A DNA stretch of 64,000 nt from Candidatus Micrarchaeota archaeon (GTDB taxonomy: Archaea > Micrarchaeota > Micrarchaeia > Anstonellales > JAHKLY01): positions 192,001 to 256,000 of the forward strand of contig JAHKLY010000001.1 in the NCBI GenBank assembly GCA_020854825.1, in the 5' to 3' direction. A model generated the notes under the pieces. It had not been told where the DNA came from and did no database searches. It saw nothing but the letters and a program-made list of their open reading frames with translations. The translations under genes and the position numbers were made by a program. Shown here piece after piece: positions 9,755-19,436 of the stretch (positions within the stretch are counted from its first letter, which is position 1; each line of letters begins with the position of its first letter).

Positions 9755-11365
9755 ATGGGAAATAGATCAAAATTAAAACCTAAAAAAATATCTAAAAAAG
9801 AGGAGATGACCGATAATCATAAAAAAAATGGATATTCAAAATTATTAGGAATTAAAGGATTATCTGCTAAAGCAAAAATTTTTGATATTTTAGCAGGAGG
9901 AAAAATTGCATTTCTAAATACCCAAGAGGCAATGGAAAATGATATTTATCCTGCATACAGAGGAGTTTTGAAAAAAGGAAATAAAGAATTGGTAGTGATG
10001 TTTGATTTAACAGAAAATTTAGTTAAAAAAGGAGAAATTGGATTATTTGCAGAAGTTGAAAAAGAATTAAAAGCAAAAGAAGGGGAGCAGATAATTATTA
10101 AACATTTAGAAAGACCTGCCTCTATTGATTATATTAGAAAAAAATTAGATGGTAAATTTTTAGAAGATAAAGAAATGAATGTTATTATAAAAGATTTAAT
10201 GGATAATCGGTTAAGTCAAGTTGAACTAGCGGCATTTGTAAGTGCGATGTATATTAGAGGAGTTAATTATGAGGAGACTGTTTCATTAGCAAATAGTATT
10301 GTAAATTCAGGAGATACATTAAATTTACACAAAAAACCAATTTTAGACAAACATTGTGTTGGGGGAGTTGCGGGAAATAGAACAACAATGATTGTTGTAC
10401 CAATAATTGCAGCAGCAGGATGTTATATCCCAAAGTCTTCTTCAAGGGCGATAACAAGTGCAGCAGGAACAGCAGATACAATGGAAGTTTTAGCACCTGT
10501 GGATATTCAGATGGATGAATTGAAAAGAATAGTACTTAAAACAAAAGGGGCTATTGTTTGGGGAGGGGGAATGAATTTAGCAGCAGCTGACGACAAATTA
10601 ATTAAAATACGGCATCCTTTGAGTTTGGATCCAAAAGGAGTAGTGCTTGCAAGTGTTTTATCTAAGAAAAAAGCAGTTAATGCCACTCACGTAATAATAG
10701 ATATCCCCATTGGAAGAGGTGCAAAATTCCAAGACATGGATGTAGCAAAAGATTTGGCAAATGATTTTATAAATATAGGAAAAAAATTAGGTATGAAGAT
10801 AGAAGCAGTAATAACTGATGGTAGTGATCCGATAGGGAATGGTATTGGTCCTGCATTAGAATGTAAAGATGTATTAGAAGTATTAGAGGGAAAAGGACCT
10901 TATGATTTAAGAGAAAAATCTTGTGCATTGGCTGGAGGATTATTAGAATTAGCAGGTAAAGCACCAAAAGGAAGAGGAATGGCAATTGCTGAGGATTTAA
11001 TAAATAATGAAAAAGCATTAAAGAAGTTTAGGGAGATAATAGGAGAACAAGGAGGAAACCCAAGAATTAAAATAGATGAATTACCTATTGGTGAATATAT
11101 ATATCAAGTAAAAGCAGAAAAATCTGGAAGAATAGGGCATGTTGATAGTAAAATTTTATCAAAAATAGCAAGAGCTGCAGGTTCTCCAAAAGATATAGGT
11201 GCAGGCATAGTTTTACATCGTGAGGCAGGAGACAAAGTTAGAAAAGGAGAAGTGATATTAAGTGTTTATTCTGAAAGTGAAACAAAAATAGAATTTGCGA
11301 TTAAAGCATTAGAAGCATTGAATCCAATAGAATTAGAGCAATATCTACTTAAGAGTGTTAGATAG
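9755..11365 (+). CDS. deoA: AMP phosphorylase (start uncertain)
   Basis: DKHCVGGVAGNRTT, PKSSSRAITSAAGTAD, IGNGIGPALE; archaeal N-terminal extension. Confidence 0.93.
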   Translation: MGNRSKLKPKKISKKEEMTDNHKKNGYSKLLGIKGLSAKAKIFDILAGGKIAFLNTQEAMENDIYPAYRGVLKKGNKELVVMFDLTENLVKKGEIGLFAEVEKELKAKEGEQIIIKHLERPASIDYIRKKLDGKFLEDKEMNVIIKDLMDNRLSQVELAAFVSAMYIRGVNYEETVSLANSIVNSGDTLNLHKKPILDKHCVGGVAGNRTTMIVVPIIAAAGCYIPKSSSRAITSAAGTADTMEVLAPVDIQMDELKRIVLKTKGAIVWGGGMNLAAADDKLIKIRHPLSLDPKGVVLASVLSKKKAVNATHVIIDIPIGRGAKFQDMDVAKDLANDFINIGKKLGMKIEAVITDGSDPIGNGIGPALECKDVLEVLEGKGPYDLREKSCALAGGLLELAGKAPKGRGMAIAEDLINNEKALKKFREIIGEQGGNPRIKIDELPIGEYIYQVKAEKSGRIGHVDSKILSKIARAAGSPKDIGAGIVLHREAGDKVRKGEVILSVYSESETKIEFAIKALEALNPIELEQYLLKSVR

Positions 11366-11396
11366 TAATAAAAAGGTCGACAGTCTAATAAATATA

Positions 11397-12107
11397 ATGG
11401 AATTATTATCAAATAATAACTTAAAAATATTATTCTGTTTCATTTTATTATTTTCATCAATTTATGCAATAGATGATATATTCACTAAAGAATTTTATTC
11501 AAAAGGAACAGAGATGATATATTCCACCACAAGGATTGTAGAACAAAATCCATATTGTCTTATGGGGTTAATGGGTTACTGTAATCTTGAAGAAGTAAAG
11601 GTAGTTCAATATATTAGGAATCAAAAATTATATCTGCCCTTTCCAAAAGAAGCATTAGAAATAAAAAGGGGAATTGGTCAATATAGTTTATATAGTTATG
11701 AAGATTATGTATTAATGAACTATTTGTCTGATGCAGATTTAAAATCAAGTAAAGATATGAATTCAATTGAGGAGATTTATTTAAAAACAATAGAAGTATC
11801 TTATAAAGAACATTTAAACTGTAAAGAATCTGCTTCTTTATTTAAAATATTGTATCTAAACTCACAATTAATAAATCACAAACAGAACTATACTCTTTTA
11901 AAGATTTACACATATGATAATGTATATACTGCTCATAGATTTAATGCTCTAAAAAATGAGAATGGGTATTATATCTTAGATCCTTTGTCTTGTACTGTTG
12001 GATCATTTGAATATTGCGTATATTCACATACAAGGAGATTCTATGATGATCCAAGTTCAATCTTGTACAGGGGAAAGGTATACAGGGTAGAAGAATATAT
12101 AAGGTGA
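11397..12107 (+). CDS. Secreted transglutaminase-like cysteine protease-fold protein
   Basis: Hydrophobic leader ILFCFILLFSSIYA; candidate triad NCKESASL / TAHRFN / YILDP. Confidence 0.55.
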   Translation: MELLSNNNLKILFCFILLFSSIYAIDDIFTKEFYSKGTEMIYSTTRIVEQNPYCLMGLMGYCNLEEVKVVQYIRNQKLYLPFPKEALEIKRGIGQYSLYSYEDYVLMNYLSDADLKSSKDMNSIEEIYLKTIEVSYKEHLNCKESASLFKILYLNSQLINHKQNYTLLKIYTYDNVYTAHRFNALKNENGYYILDPLSCTVGSFEYCVYSHTRRFYDDPSSILYRGKVYRVEEYIR

Positions 12108-12114
12108 TTTATTT

Positions 12115-12402
12115 ATGACAAAAATGAAAGATTTATCCCCAGGTTCTAATGCAACTTTGGAAGGAGAAATAATTGAAAAAGAAGAAGCAAGAGAAGTTAT
12201 TACTAAATTTGGTAAAAAAACAAGAGTAGCCAGCGCTAAATTAAAATGTGAAGATGGAGAGATAAAAATGACTCTTTGGGAAGACGACGTAGACAAAGTT
12301 AAAGAAGGAGATAAAATAAAAATTGAAGATGGATGGGTAACAGAATTTAGAGGAGAATTACAAATTTCAACTGGAAAAAATGGTAAAATTTCAGTTAAAT
12401 AA
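12115..12402 (+). CDS. Single OB-fold single-stranded DNA-binding protein
   Basis: REVITKFG..RVA, IKMTLW, GWVTEFRGELQISTGKNG. Confidence 0.85.
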   Translation: MTKMKDLSPGSNATLEGEIIEKEEAREVITKFGKKTRVASAKLKCEDGEIKMTLWEDDVDKVKEGDKIKIEDGWVTEFRGELQISTGKNGKISVK

Positions 12403-12404
12403 TT

Positions 12405-15170
12405 TTAATTTGGGGTTAAATGGTTTATTATACTAAAAACATCAAAACCAACTCCAAAATCCCATTCTCCTAATTGGTTTAATCCAAGATTAATTGAAAG
12501 GGGCCCAGAACTAACCCCAAGATTCCCACTAAATGAACCTATTCTTTGTTTTATTCCTGTTTGTAGATTAATTCTAAATTTAAAAGAAGTAAAATTGTTA
12601 CCAGTATTAAAATATAAATTAGTGTTTGCCACTAATGAATTAGTTCCAGTTGTTAAATCTAAATTACCATATGTATTTAAATTATGTGAGTGCATTAAAG
12701 ATAAGTTATATTCATTACCTCCATACCAGGTTAATTTTAGTTCTGAATCATATGGCAAAGTAGTAGTTATATACGGGTCTAATCTAATTGCATACTCTTC
12801 CTCTACGTAATTAAATGTTGGACTAATTTCAATTCCAACTCCCAATTTAAGATCATCTTTGAAATTATATGATATATTTGTTTCTCCATAAACTCCTATT
12901 AATCTATTAGATATAGATTTGATATTTGAGAGTATTTTTTTATCAGCAACATTAACATCTACTCTTAATGTTTTTGAACCTTTTAGAAGTTTTTCAGTGT
13001 CTAATACATTATAAGAACCAAATAATAAATTATTCATTTCAAAATTTCCAATTCTTGGTGAAGATTCAATAAATATATATGGAGATATTCCAAAACTATG
13101 TTTAGAAATACTTAAATTTACTGCATTTATTGGATTATAATTTAAATCTAATTTATAAAAGGAAGTTCCAACATGTGCACTAAAATTTCTTCCGTAATTT
13201 AAATTTAAATTTAAAATTTCCCCAGTAACATTAATTCCTTTTGAAGAATAATCTACTGCACCTATTCCTCCTCTCCAAATACCTTTATCACCAAATAGTT
13301 CGTTCCTAGGAGCATATGTTTTAATTGAATATGCCATTGTTTGAGAAAATTCTCTTGCTATTTTATCAATTATTTCTTGTATATTTATATTTTCAAAAAA
13401 GCTTAACTTTTGTAATTTTGATATACTTTCTTTTCTTTCTAATATATCAAAAAGTAATTTAATTTCAGTTCCATCTGTTTTAATCCCATTTGGAAATAAT
13501 TTATATAATTCTCCAAAAATTGCCTTTTCTTCACCCTCTTTTAAAACTGTCATAATTTTATCAAAATGAATTTCTCCTTTAAACGTTTTATTAGATAAAG
13601 AATTAATTATTAAATATTTATTTTTTAATATATCTGTCCATTCTAGTTCTGGTCCAAAATAGATATCAATACCTCCATTTTTTGAATATATATGTGTGCC
13701 TTTTCCTTCTTCACCCATTACTCTTTCTCCTTTGCCTGATTTTTGAATTGGTTTAGAGGATTCTATAAATAAATCTAAATTATTTATTTCAATCCCAAGG
13801 TAGGATATATTTAATATTCCATTTATGGTTATTTTTCTTAAATTATCTTCTGTTTCTATGATTTCTCTACCTGCATTTTTTAAATTAATTGTAAATTCAT
13901 TACCTTCTATTGGAAAAACAAGATCTAAATCTAAATTTCTTATTTTTATATCTGGTGAATTGAATATATTTTTTATTTGAGTTAATGTATTTAATTCATT
14001 ATTTTTTAATATTTCACTAATTAATGTTAATACTTCATCATTTTCTACTACATCCACATCAAAGCTTATCTTTCCCCTTCCACCATCACTTAAAATAATA
14101 TTATTAGAAGATACTTTAATATACTCAGATATATCACTTCCTTCACCAGGAATTTCAGTAATAATTATATCTCCGAAAGATGTTTCGGATCTTAATTCTC
14201 CTTGTTCATCATAGAACCTATTCTGTTCCATATTAATATGGGCAGCAGCATTTGATATTTCAAAAGTTAAGTCTGAGTATATAATAAAAGTTCCAACCCC
14301 TTCAATTGTAAAAAATATTGTATCTCCTTCAGAAGGTTTAGGGATAAAATGATTTATTGAATTATTATCATTATTAGTTATAGTTATTTTTAAACCCGTT
14401 TCCTCTTTTTTTATTTTTATTACATCTCCTTCTTTATGTAAAATCAATTCATCATTACCTACATCAAAAATATGATTTTCTAAATTTAATCGCATTTCAA
14501 TATTTAAAATACCTATCATTTCTTCCTCATTAAATAAACTATACAGATCAAAAGTATTTAAAAAAGAATTACTTTCCTTAATTAAAGATGCCTCTTTATT
14601 TTGAGATATATATTGCCCCATAGATCTTTTTTCAACTGGTGTATGGGTTTTATAATAGTCTCTTTTTGTATATGTTGATTCAGAAATGTTTATGTCTCTC
14701 TGTACTATAGTAGGGACATATTCTTCTAATTTAGAAGATTTTTGAAAAGTAGATATTCCCTGTTTCTTGTATTCCCCAAGTTCTTTTAATCCTTCATTTC
14801 CTTTTGAATATACAACTATAAATGCGTATTCTTTATCTTTAATTGTTTCTAAACCTGCAACATAATCCAAAACACCATATTTTTTCATTGAATCATAAAC
14901 ACCCATAAATCTTGAATTAACATATGTTTTCATTCTTCTTTCCAATTCTTCTTTTAATTCAGGATGTTTTTCTAGATGTTCATTTGATAAATCTAAAAGT
15001 CCTGAATTTCCTCCACTTATCCATTCAAATCTTTCTCTATTAATTATACTTCTATTCTCAATTGACCATTTTAACATAGTATCTTCAATCTCTTTTCTAT
15101 TACCCATTATAGTATGTGCTGTGAGTTCTTCAAGTTCCTGATCTTTTAATTGTAACTGGGATATAAACAT
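12405..15170 (-). CDS. Large hypothetical protein (921 aa) with beta-barrel-like C-terminal region
   Basis: Long ORF with BRE/TATA 22 nt upstream; C-terminal ~300 aa of alternating hydrophobic/Gly/aromatic strands ending EWDFGVGFDVF. Confidence 0.8.
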   Translation of the reverse strand: MFISQLQLKDQELEELTAHTIMGNRKEIEDTMLKWSIENRSIINRERFEWISGGNSGLLDLSNEHLEKHPELKEELERRMKTYVNSRFMGVYDSMKKYGVLDYVAGLETIKDKEYAFIVVYSKGNEGLKELGEYKKQGISTFQKSSKLEEYVPTIVQRDINISESTYTKRDYYKTHTPVEKRSMGQYISQNKEASLIKESNSFLNTFDLYSLFNEEEMIGILNIEMRLNLENHIFDVGNDELILHKEGDVIKIKKEETGLKITITNNDNNSINHFIPKPSEGDTIFFTIEGVGTFIIYSDLTFEISNAAAHINMEQNRFYDEQGELRSETSFGDIIITEIPGEGSDISEYIKVSSNNIILSDGGRGKISFDVDVVENDEVLTLISEILKNNELNTLTQIKNIFNSPDIKIRNLDLDLVFPIEGNEFTINLKNAGREIIETEDNLRKITINGILNISYLGIEINNLDLFIESSKPIQKSGKGERVMGEEGKGTHIYSKNGGIDIYFGPELEWTDILKNKYLIINSLSNKTFKGEIHFDKIMTVLKEGEEKAIFGELYKLFPNGIKTDGTEIKLLFDILERKESISKLQKLSFFENINIQEIIDKIAREFSQTMAYSIKTYAPRNELFGDKGIWRGGIGAVDYSSKGINVTGEILNLNLNYGRNFSAHVGTSFYKLDLNYNPINAVNLSISKHSFGISPYIFIESSPRIGNFEMNNLLFGSYNVLDTEKLLKGSKTLRVDVNVADKKILSNIKSISNRLIGVYGETNISYNFKDDLKLGVGIEISPTFNYVEEEYAIRLDPYITTTLPYDSELKLTWYGGNEYNLSLMHSHNLNTYGNLDLTTGTNSLVANTNLYFNTGNNFTSFKFRINLQTGIKQRIGSFSGNLGVSSGPLSINLGLNQLGEWDFGVGFDVFSIINHLTPN

Positions 15171-15230
15171 AATTAAAAAAGGTAGTTTTACCTTTATAAA
15201 TGTTCTTTATATTAAGGTTTAGGTGGTTAA

Positions 15231-15707
15231 ATGACTATTTTATCAAAAAATGCAATCAAAGAATATATGAAAAAAGGTAAAATTAAATTTGAGCCAAATA
15301 TCAAAGAATCTCAAATTGATAAATCATCAGTTGATTTAACATTAGATAGTATTTTTTGGGTGTTTAAAGATAAATATATTAATTCTAAAAAACCAATATG
15401 TTTAGATAATATAAGTTATACACAAGTTTTTAAAAAAGTGAAAAAAGATTTCATAATTTTAAAAAGTCAAGAAATGTGTTTAGGTATAACAAAAGAAAAA
15501 ATACTCATTGATAAAGATATTGCAGGTAGATTAGAAGGTAGAAGTAGGTATGCACGTATGGGATTAACAGTTCATATTACAAGTTCTATCCACCATCCTG
15601 GGTCTAAAAATGCAATAGTATTAGAAATTGTGAACGTAGCACCCTTTCCTATAAAATTAAGTAAAGGTATGCATGTTTCACAAATAGTTTTTCATAAAGT
15701 AGAATGA
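15231..15707 (+). CDS. dcd: dCTP deaminase family protein (short, divergent)
   Basis: ILS, SVDLTL, LEGRSRYARMGL, VLEI, QIVF. Confidence 0.8.
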   Translation: MTILSKNAIKEYMKKGKIKFEPNIKESQIDKSSVDLTLDSIFWVFKDKYINSKKPICLDNISYTQVFKKVKKDFIILKSQEMCLGITKEKILIDKDIAGRLEGRSRYARMGLTVHITSSIHHPGSKNAIVLEIVNVAPFPIKLSKGMHVSQIVFHKVE

Positions 15708-15784
15708 CATTTTTAAGAAGTTAATCCTATTGTTTTATATGTTTTTCTTTTGAAATAAGAGTATTAAGGAATATTGGTTTTTAT

Positions 15785-16339
15785 ATGATTGAAATTAGAA
15801 TACACGGTAGAGGAGGACAGGGAGCAGTAACTGCAGCTGAATTATTAGCAATAGCAGTTGGCTTTAAAGGTAAATCTTCACAAAGTTTTCCTTATTTCGG
15901 AGTAGAAAGAAGAGGGGCTCCAGTTCAAGCATATTGTAGAATAGATGATAAACCTATAAGAGTGCATCAGAATGTTTATACTCCTGATTATATAGTTGTT
16001 TTAGATCCAACTTTAATCGATTCAATTGATGTTTGTGAAGGATTAAAAAAAGAAGGGACAGTAATAGTGAATACACATTTATCTTCTGAACAATGCAAAA
16101 AAAAATTAAAATCTAAACAAGTTGGAGAAGTTTACACAGTTGATGCAACATCAATTGCATTAGAAAAAATTGGTAAACCAATTGTAAATACTGCTATGTT
16201 AGGCGCATTTGTTAATTTAGTAGACTGGGTTGATTCTCAATGTTTAGAAAAAGCAGTCAATGAATTTTTTGATGATAAAAATATGGCAGATAAAAATATA
16301 GCTGCCTTTAAAGGTTGTTGTGAAATAGTTAAGGTGTAA
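15785..16339 (+). CDS. porG: Pyruvate/2-oxoacid:ferredoxin oxidoreductase gamma subunit
   Basis: EIRIHGRGGQGAVT, FGVERRGAPV. Confidence 0.93.
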   Translation: MIEIRIHGRGGQGAVTAAELLAIAVGFKGKSSQSFPYFGVERRGAPVQAYCRIDDKPIRVHQNVYTPDYIVVLDPTLIDSIDVCEGLKKEGTVIVNTHLSSEQCKKKLKSKQVGEVYTVDATSIALEKIGKPIVNTAMLGAFVNLVDWVDSQCLEKAVNEFFDDKNMADKNIAAFKGCCEIVKV

Positions 16340-16341
16340 AA

Positions 16342-16629
16342 ATGGCGCAAAAAAAAGACAAAACAAAAGAAATAAAGGTCCCAAAAGTTCCTCATTCAAA
16401 ATGTGATACTGCTAAAGAAAATAAAACAGGATCATGGAGAGATCAAAGACCTTCGATAGATTTATCAAAGTGTATTAAATGCGCACAATGCGCATTACAT
16501 TGCCCAGATGGCGCTATTGAAGTAGATGAAACTGGTGCGCATATAAATTATGATTATTGTAAAGGATGTTTGATTTGTGAAAGAATCTGTCCTGTTAAAT
16601 GTATAACACACAAAAAAGAGGAAAAATAA
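16342..16629 (+). CDS. porD: Pyruvate/2-oxoacid:ferredoxin oxidoreductase delta subunit
   Basis: KTGSWR, two CxxCxxCxxxCP clusters, YDYCKGC. Confidence 0.93.
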   Translation: MAQKKDKTKEIKVPKVPHSKCDTAKENKTGSWRDQRPSIDLSKCIKCAQCALHCPDGAIEVDETGAHINYDYCKGCLICERICPVKCITHKKEEK

Positions 16630-16643
16630 AGAGGTAGAATTAA

Positions 16644-16892
16644 ATGAAGATAACAGATAAAAAATTATTATATATTGGATTAATCCCAGTAGTATTTTTG
16701 CTTCTTGCCACAATATTAGTCTTAATAGCTATATTTTCTCCATTATTTGGATTACAAGAAAATGAGTTTATTTTAATATTAACTCCAATTTCATTTTTAT
16801 TAATGTTGGGAGGAACAATTACCTCTCCATTATTTATAATTGTATTAATAAGAATATATGATCATTTTAAAAATAAAAGTAAAGGTAGATAA
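16644..16892 (+). CDS. Small two-TM membrane protein inserted in the por operon
   Basis: GAGG SD-like motif upstream, two hydrophobic segments, fills the porD-porA gap. Confidence 0.65.
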   Translation: MKITDKKLLYIGLIPVVFLLLATILVLIAIFSPLFGLQENEFILILTPISFLLMLGGTITSPLFIIVLIRIYDHFKNKSKGR

Positions 16893-16893
16893 A

Positions 16894-18030
16894 ATGGTAA
16901 AAACATTAGAAGGAAGTCATGCGATTGCAGATATGATAGTTAATTGTGAAGCAGATGTATTAGCTTGCTATCCAATAACTCCATCTACACATATTGCTGA
17001 AAAATTACAAAAATATTATGCAGATGGTAAAATACCAGAGTATATAACAGTAGAACAAGAATTTTCAGCAATTTCAGCATTAGCAGGCGCAAGCGCAACA
17101 GGTGCGAGAACATTTACAACTACTTCATCACAAGGTGTAGCATTAATGCATGAAGTTTTATATGCAGTAGCGGGAATGAGATTGCCAATTGTTATGTGTG
17201 TTGCAAATAGATCATTAAATTCTCCTTTAGGAATTTGGTGTGATCATCAAGACATAATACCAGAAAGAGATTCAGGATGGATAATTTTAATGTGTGAAAG
17301 TAATCAAGAAGCAGTTGATACATTACCTCAAGCATATAAATTAGCAGAATCTTTATTATTACCAGTAATGGTTTGTATTGATGGATTTTATTTAACTCAT
17401 GCAGTTGAACAGATAGATGTTCCATCAAAAGAGATTGTTCAAAAGTTTTTACCAAAATTCAAACCAGAATTTAAATTAGATACAAATAATCCAATTACAT
17501 TAGGAATTTATTCAACTCCACAATATTTACAAGATTTTAGAGAAGATCTTGCTAATGATGTTGATAATGCAAGAGAGCCAATTAAAAAAACAGAAGAAGA
17601 ATTTAGTAAGATAATTAATAGAAATTATGGGAATGGATTAATTGAAAATTATAAATGCGATGATGCTGAAAGAATTATTATTGCAATGAGTTCATTTTGT
17701 GGAAATGTAAAAGAAGCAATTGATGAACTAAGAGATAAAGGTGAAAAAGTTGGTTTATTAAGAATTAAATCCTATAGGCCATTTCCATATAAAGATGTTC
17801 AAGAAATATTAAAAAATAAAAAACATGTTGGAGTATTTGACAGAGCAACAACATTAGGAGGACATCCTCCATTGTATACAGATGTATTAGCAGCTATTTA
17901 TGATTCAGATCAAAAAGTTCCTATTTCTTCATTTATTGGAGGATTAGGAGGAAAAGATGTAACAGTTGAAACAGCTAAAAATATATTTGAAGATTTAAAA
18001 GAAAATAAAATAAAAAGGAAATTTGTTTAA
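16894..18030 (+). CDS. porA: Pyruvate/2-oxoacid:ferredoxin oxidoreductase alpha subunit
   Basis: YPITPST, TTTSSQG, DGFYLTH, GGLGGKD. Confidence 0.93.
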   Translation: MVKTLEGSHAIADMIVNCEADVLACYPITPSTHIAEKLQKYYADGKIPEYITVEQEFSAISALAGASATGARTFTTTSSQGVALMHEVLYAVAGMRLPIVMCVANRSLNSPLGIWCDHQDIIPERDSGWIILMCESNQEAVDTLPQAYKLAESLLLPVMVCIDGFYLTHAVEQIDVPSKEIVQKFLPKFKPEFKLDTNNPITLGIYSTPQYLQDFREDLANDVDNAREPIKKTEEEFSKIINRNYGNGLIENYKCDDAERIIIAMSSFCGNVKEAIDELRDKGEKVGLLRIKSYRPFPYKDVQEILKNKKHVGVFDRATTLGGHPPLYTDVLAAIYDSDQKVPISSFIGGLGGKDVTVETAKNIFEDLKENKIKRKFV

Positions 18031-18039
18031 GGTGAAAAA

Positions 18040-18909
18040 ATGGTAGTATTTAAAAGAGAAGACGATATTTTTACATCAGGACATACTGCTTGTGCAGGAT
18101 GCGGTGCAGCTTTAGCTATTAGAACAATAATGCGTGCAATAGGTAAAGACTGTATAGTTGTTAATACAACATCATGTTCTGAAATATTCTCAGTATGTTT
18201 TCCAAGAAGTGCATGGAAAGTTCCTTATATTCATGTTACTTTTGAAAATGGAGCTTCAGTAGCTTCAGGTGTTTCAAGAGCATTAAAAGCCCAAGGAAAT
18301 GATCATACAAAAGTTGTTGTTATTGCAGGAGATGGCGGAACAGCAGATATTGGATTTGGAGCAGTATCAGGTTCATGGGAAAGAAACGAAGATATCCTAT
18401 ATATTATGTATAATAATGGTGCTTATGAGAATACGGGCATACAAAGAAGTTCACAAACACCCCAATATGCATGGTCAACTACCTCACAAATAGGAGAAGA
18501 AGTTAGAGGAAAACAAGAACCAATAAAACCTATGGTTAAAATCGCAGCAGCACACGGAATTCCCTATGCTGCATCAGCAAGCACAGGATATTTAATTGAT
18601 TTAGAAAATAAAGTTAAAAAAGCACTTAATATTAAAGGCTCAAGATTTATTGATGTTTTATCTCCTTGTGTTCCAGGTTGGAAATATGATCCTCAATTAA
18701 CAGTTGAATTAGCTAAACTAGCTGTTGAAACAGGATTATGGAAATTAAATGAAATAGAAAATGGAGATATTAATAACGAAAAAATTACAGTACAACCTTC
18801 TTTTAAACCAGTTGAAGAGTATTTAAAATTACAAGGCAGATTCAAACATTTAACTCCTGATGAAATCAAAATAATCCAAGCGCGTGTAAATAAAGATTGG
18901 GGAAGATAA
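18040..18909 (+). CDS. porB: Pyruvate/2-oxoacid:ferredoxin oxidoreductase beta subunit
   Basis: GHTACAGCG, TPP motif GDGG...YENTGIQRS, SPCVPGW. Confidence 0.93.
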   Translation: MVVFKREDDIFTSGHTACAGCGAALAIRTIMRAIGKDCIVVNTTSCSEIFSVCFPRSAWKVPYIHVTFENGASVASGVSRALKAQGNDHTKVVVIAGDGGTADIGFGAVSGSWERNEDILYIMYNNGAYENTGIQRSSQTPQYAWSTTSQIGEEVRGKQEPIKPMVKIAAAHGIPYAASASTGYLIDLENKVKKALNIKGSRFIDVLSPCVPGWKYDPQLTVELAKLAVETGLWKLNEIENGDINNEKITVQPSFKPVEEYLKLQGRFKHLTPDEIKIIQARVNKDWGR

Positions 18910-18916
18910 GTAGTTA

Positions 18917-19360
18917 TTATTTTAATTTGAATTCAGAATTTAATAGTATATCTTGGAAATTATTTCTTAGGTGGGATTTTATAGTATCAGGGACTTTAAT
19001 TGTTCCATTTTTTCTAAATTGTTCTGTCCACATATCTAAAAAATTCATTGATTGTTCAATTCTTTGATCCCATTCTTCTCTTGGAATGTCAAAAAATATA
19101 AATATAGATTTTGTAATTTTCTTTAATTCTTCTAATCGTTCTTCTGTTGAATCTAATGAAAATATTTTACAAAAGGCGTCAATATTTATTTTAGGTAAGT
19201 CTTCTTCAGTAATTAATTTACAATATTCAAACTTAGTATTTGTTTTTAATTCACCAACAATTGAAGAACTAATTTGCGTTTCGTGTTGTATAACTTTCAC
19301 TACAAATTCTTTTCTACCTATTTGTATTGCATCATAAGTTATTTTATAGTTACTACACAT
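18917..19360 (-). CDS. Hypothetical protein
   Basis: ORF fills the gap; BRE/TATA (AAACATTTATAAA) 23 nt upstream. Confidence 0.6.
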   Translation of the reverse strand: MCSNYKITYDAIQIGRKEFVVKVIQHETQISSSIVGELKTNTKFEYCKLITEEDLPKINIDAFCKIFSLDSTEERLEELKKITKSIFIFFDIPREEWDQRIEQSMNFLDMWTEQFRKNGTIKVPDTIKSHLRNNFQDILLNSEFKLK

Positions 19361-19436
19361 AAATATATTAGTACTAACAATTGTTTATAAATGTTTCTTT
19401 TAACATTTAAAATCTTTTCAAAAAGTAAAAGATAGT

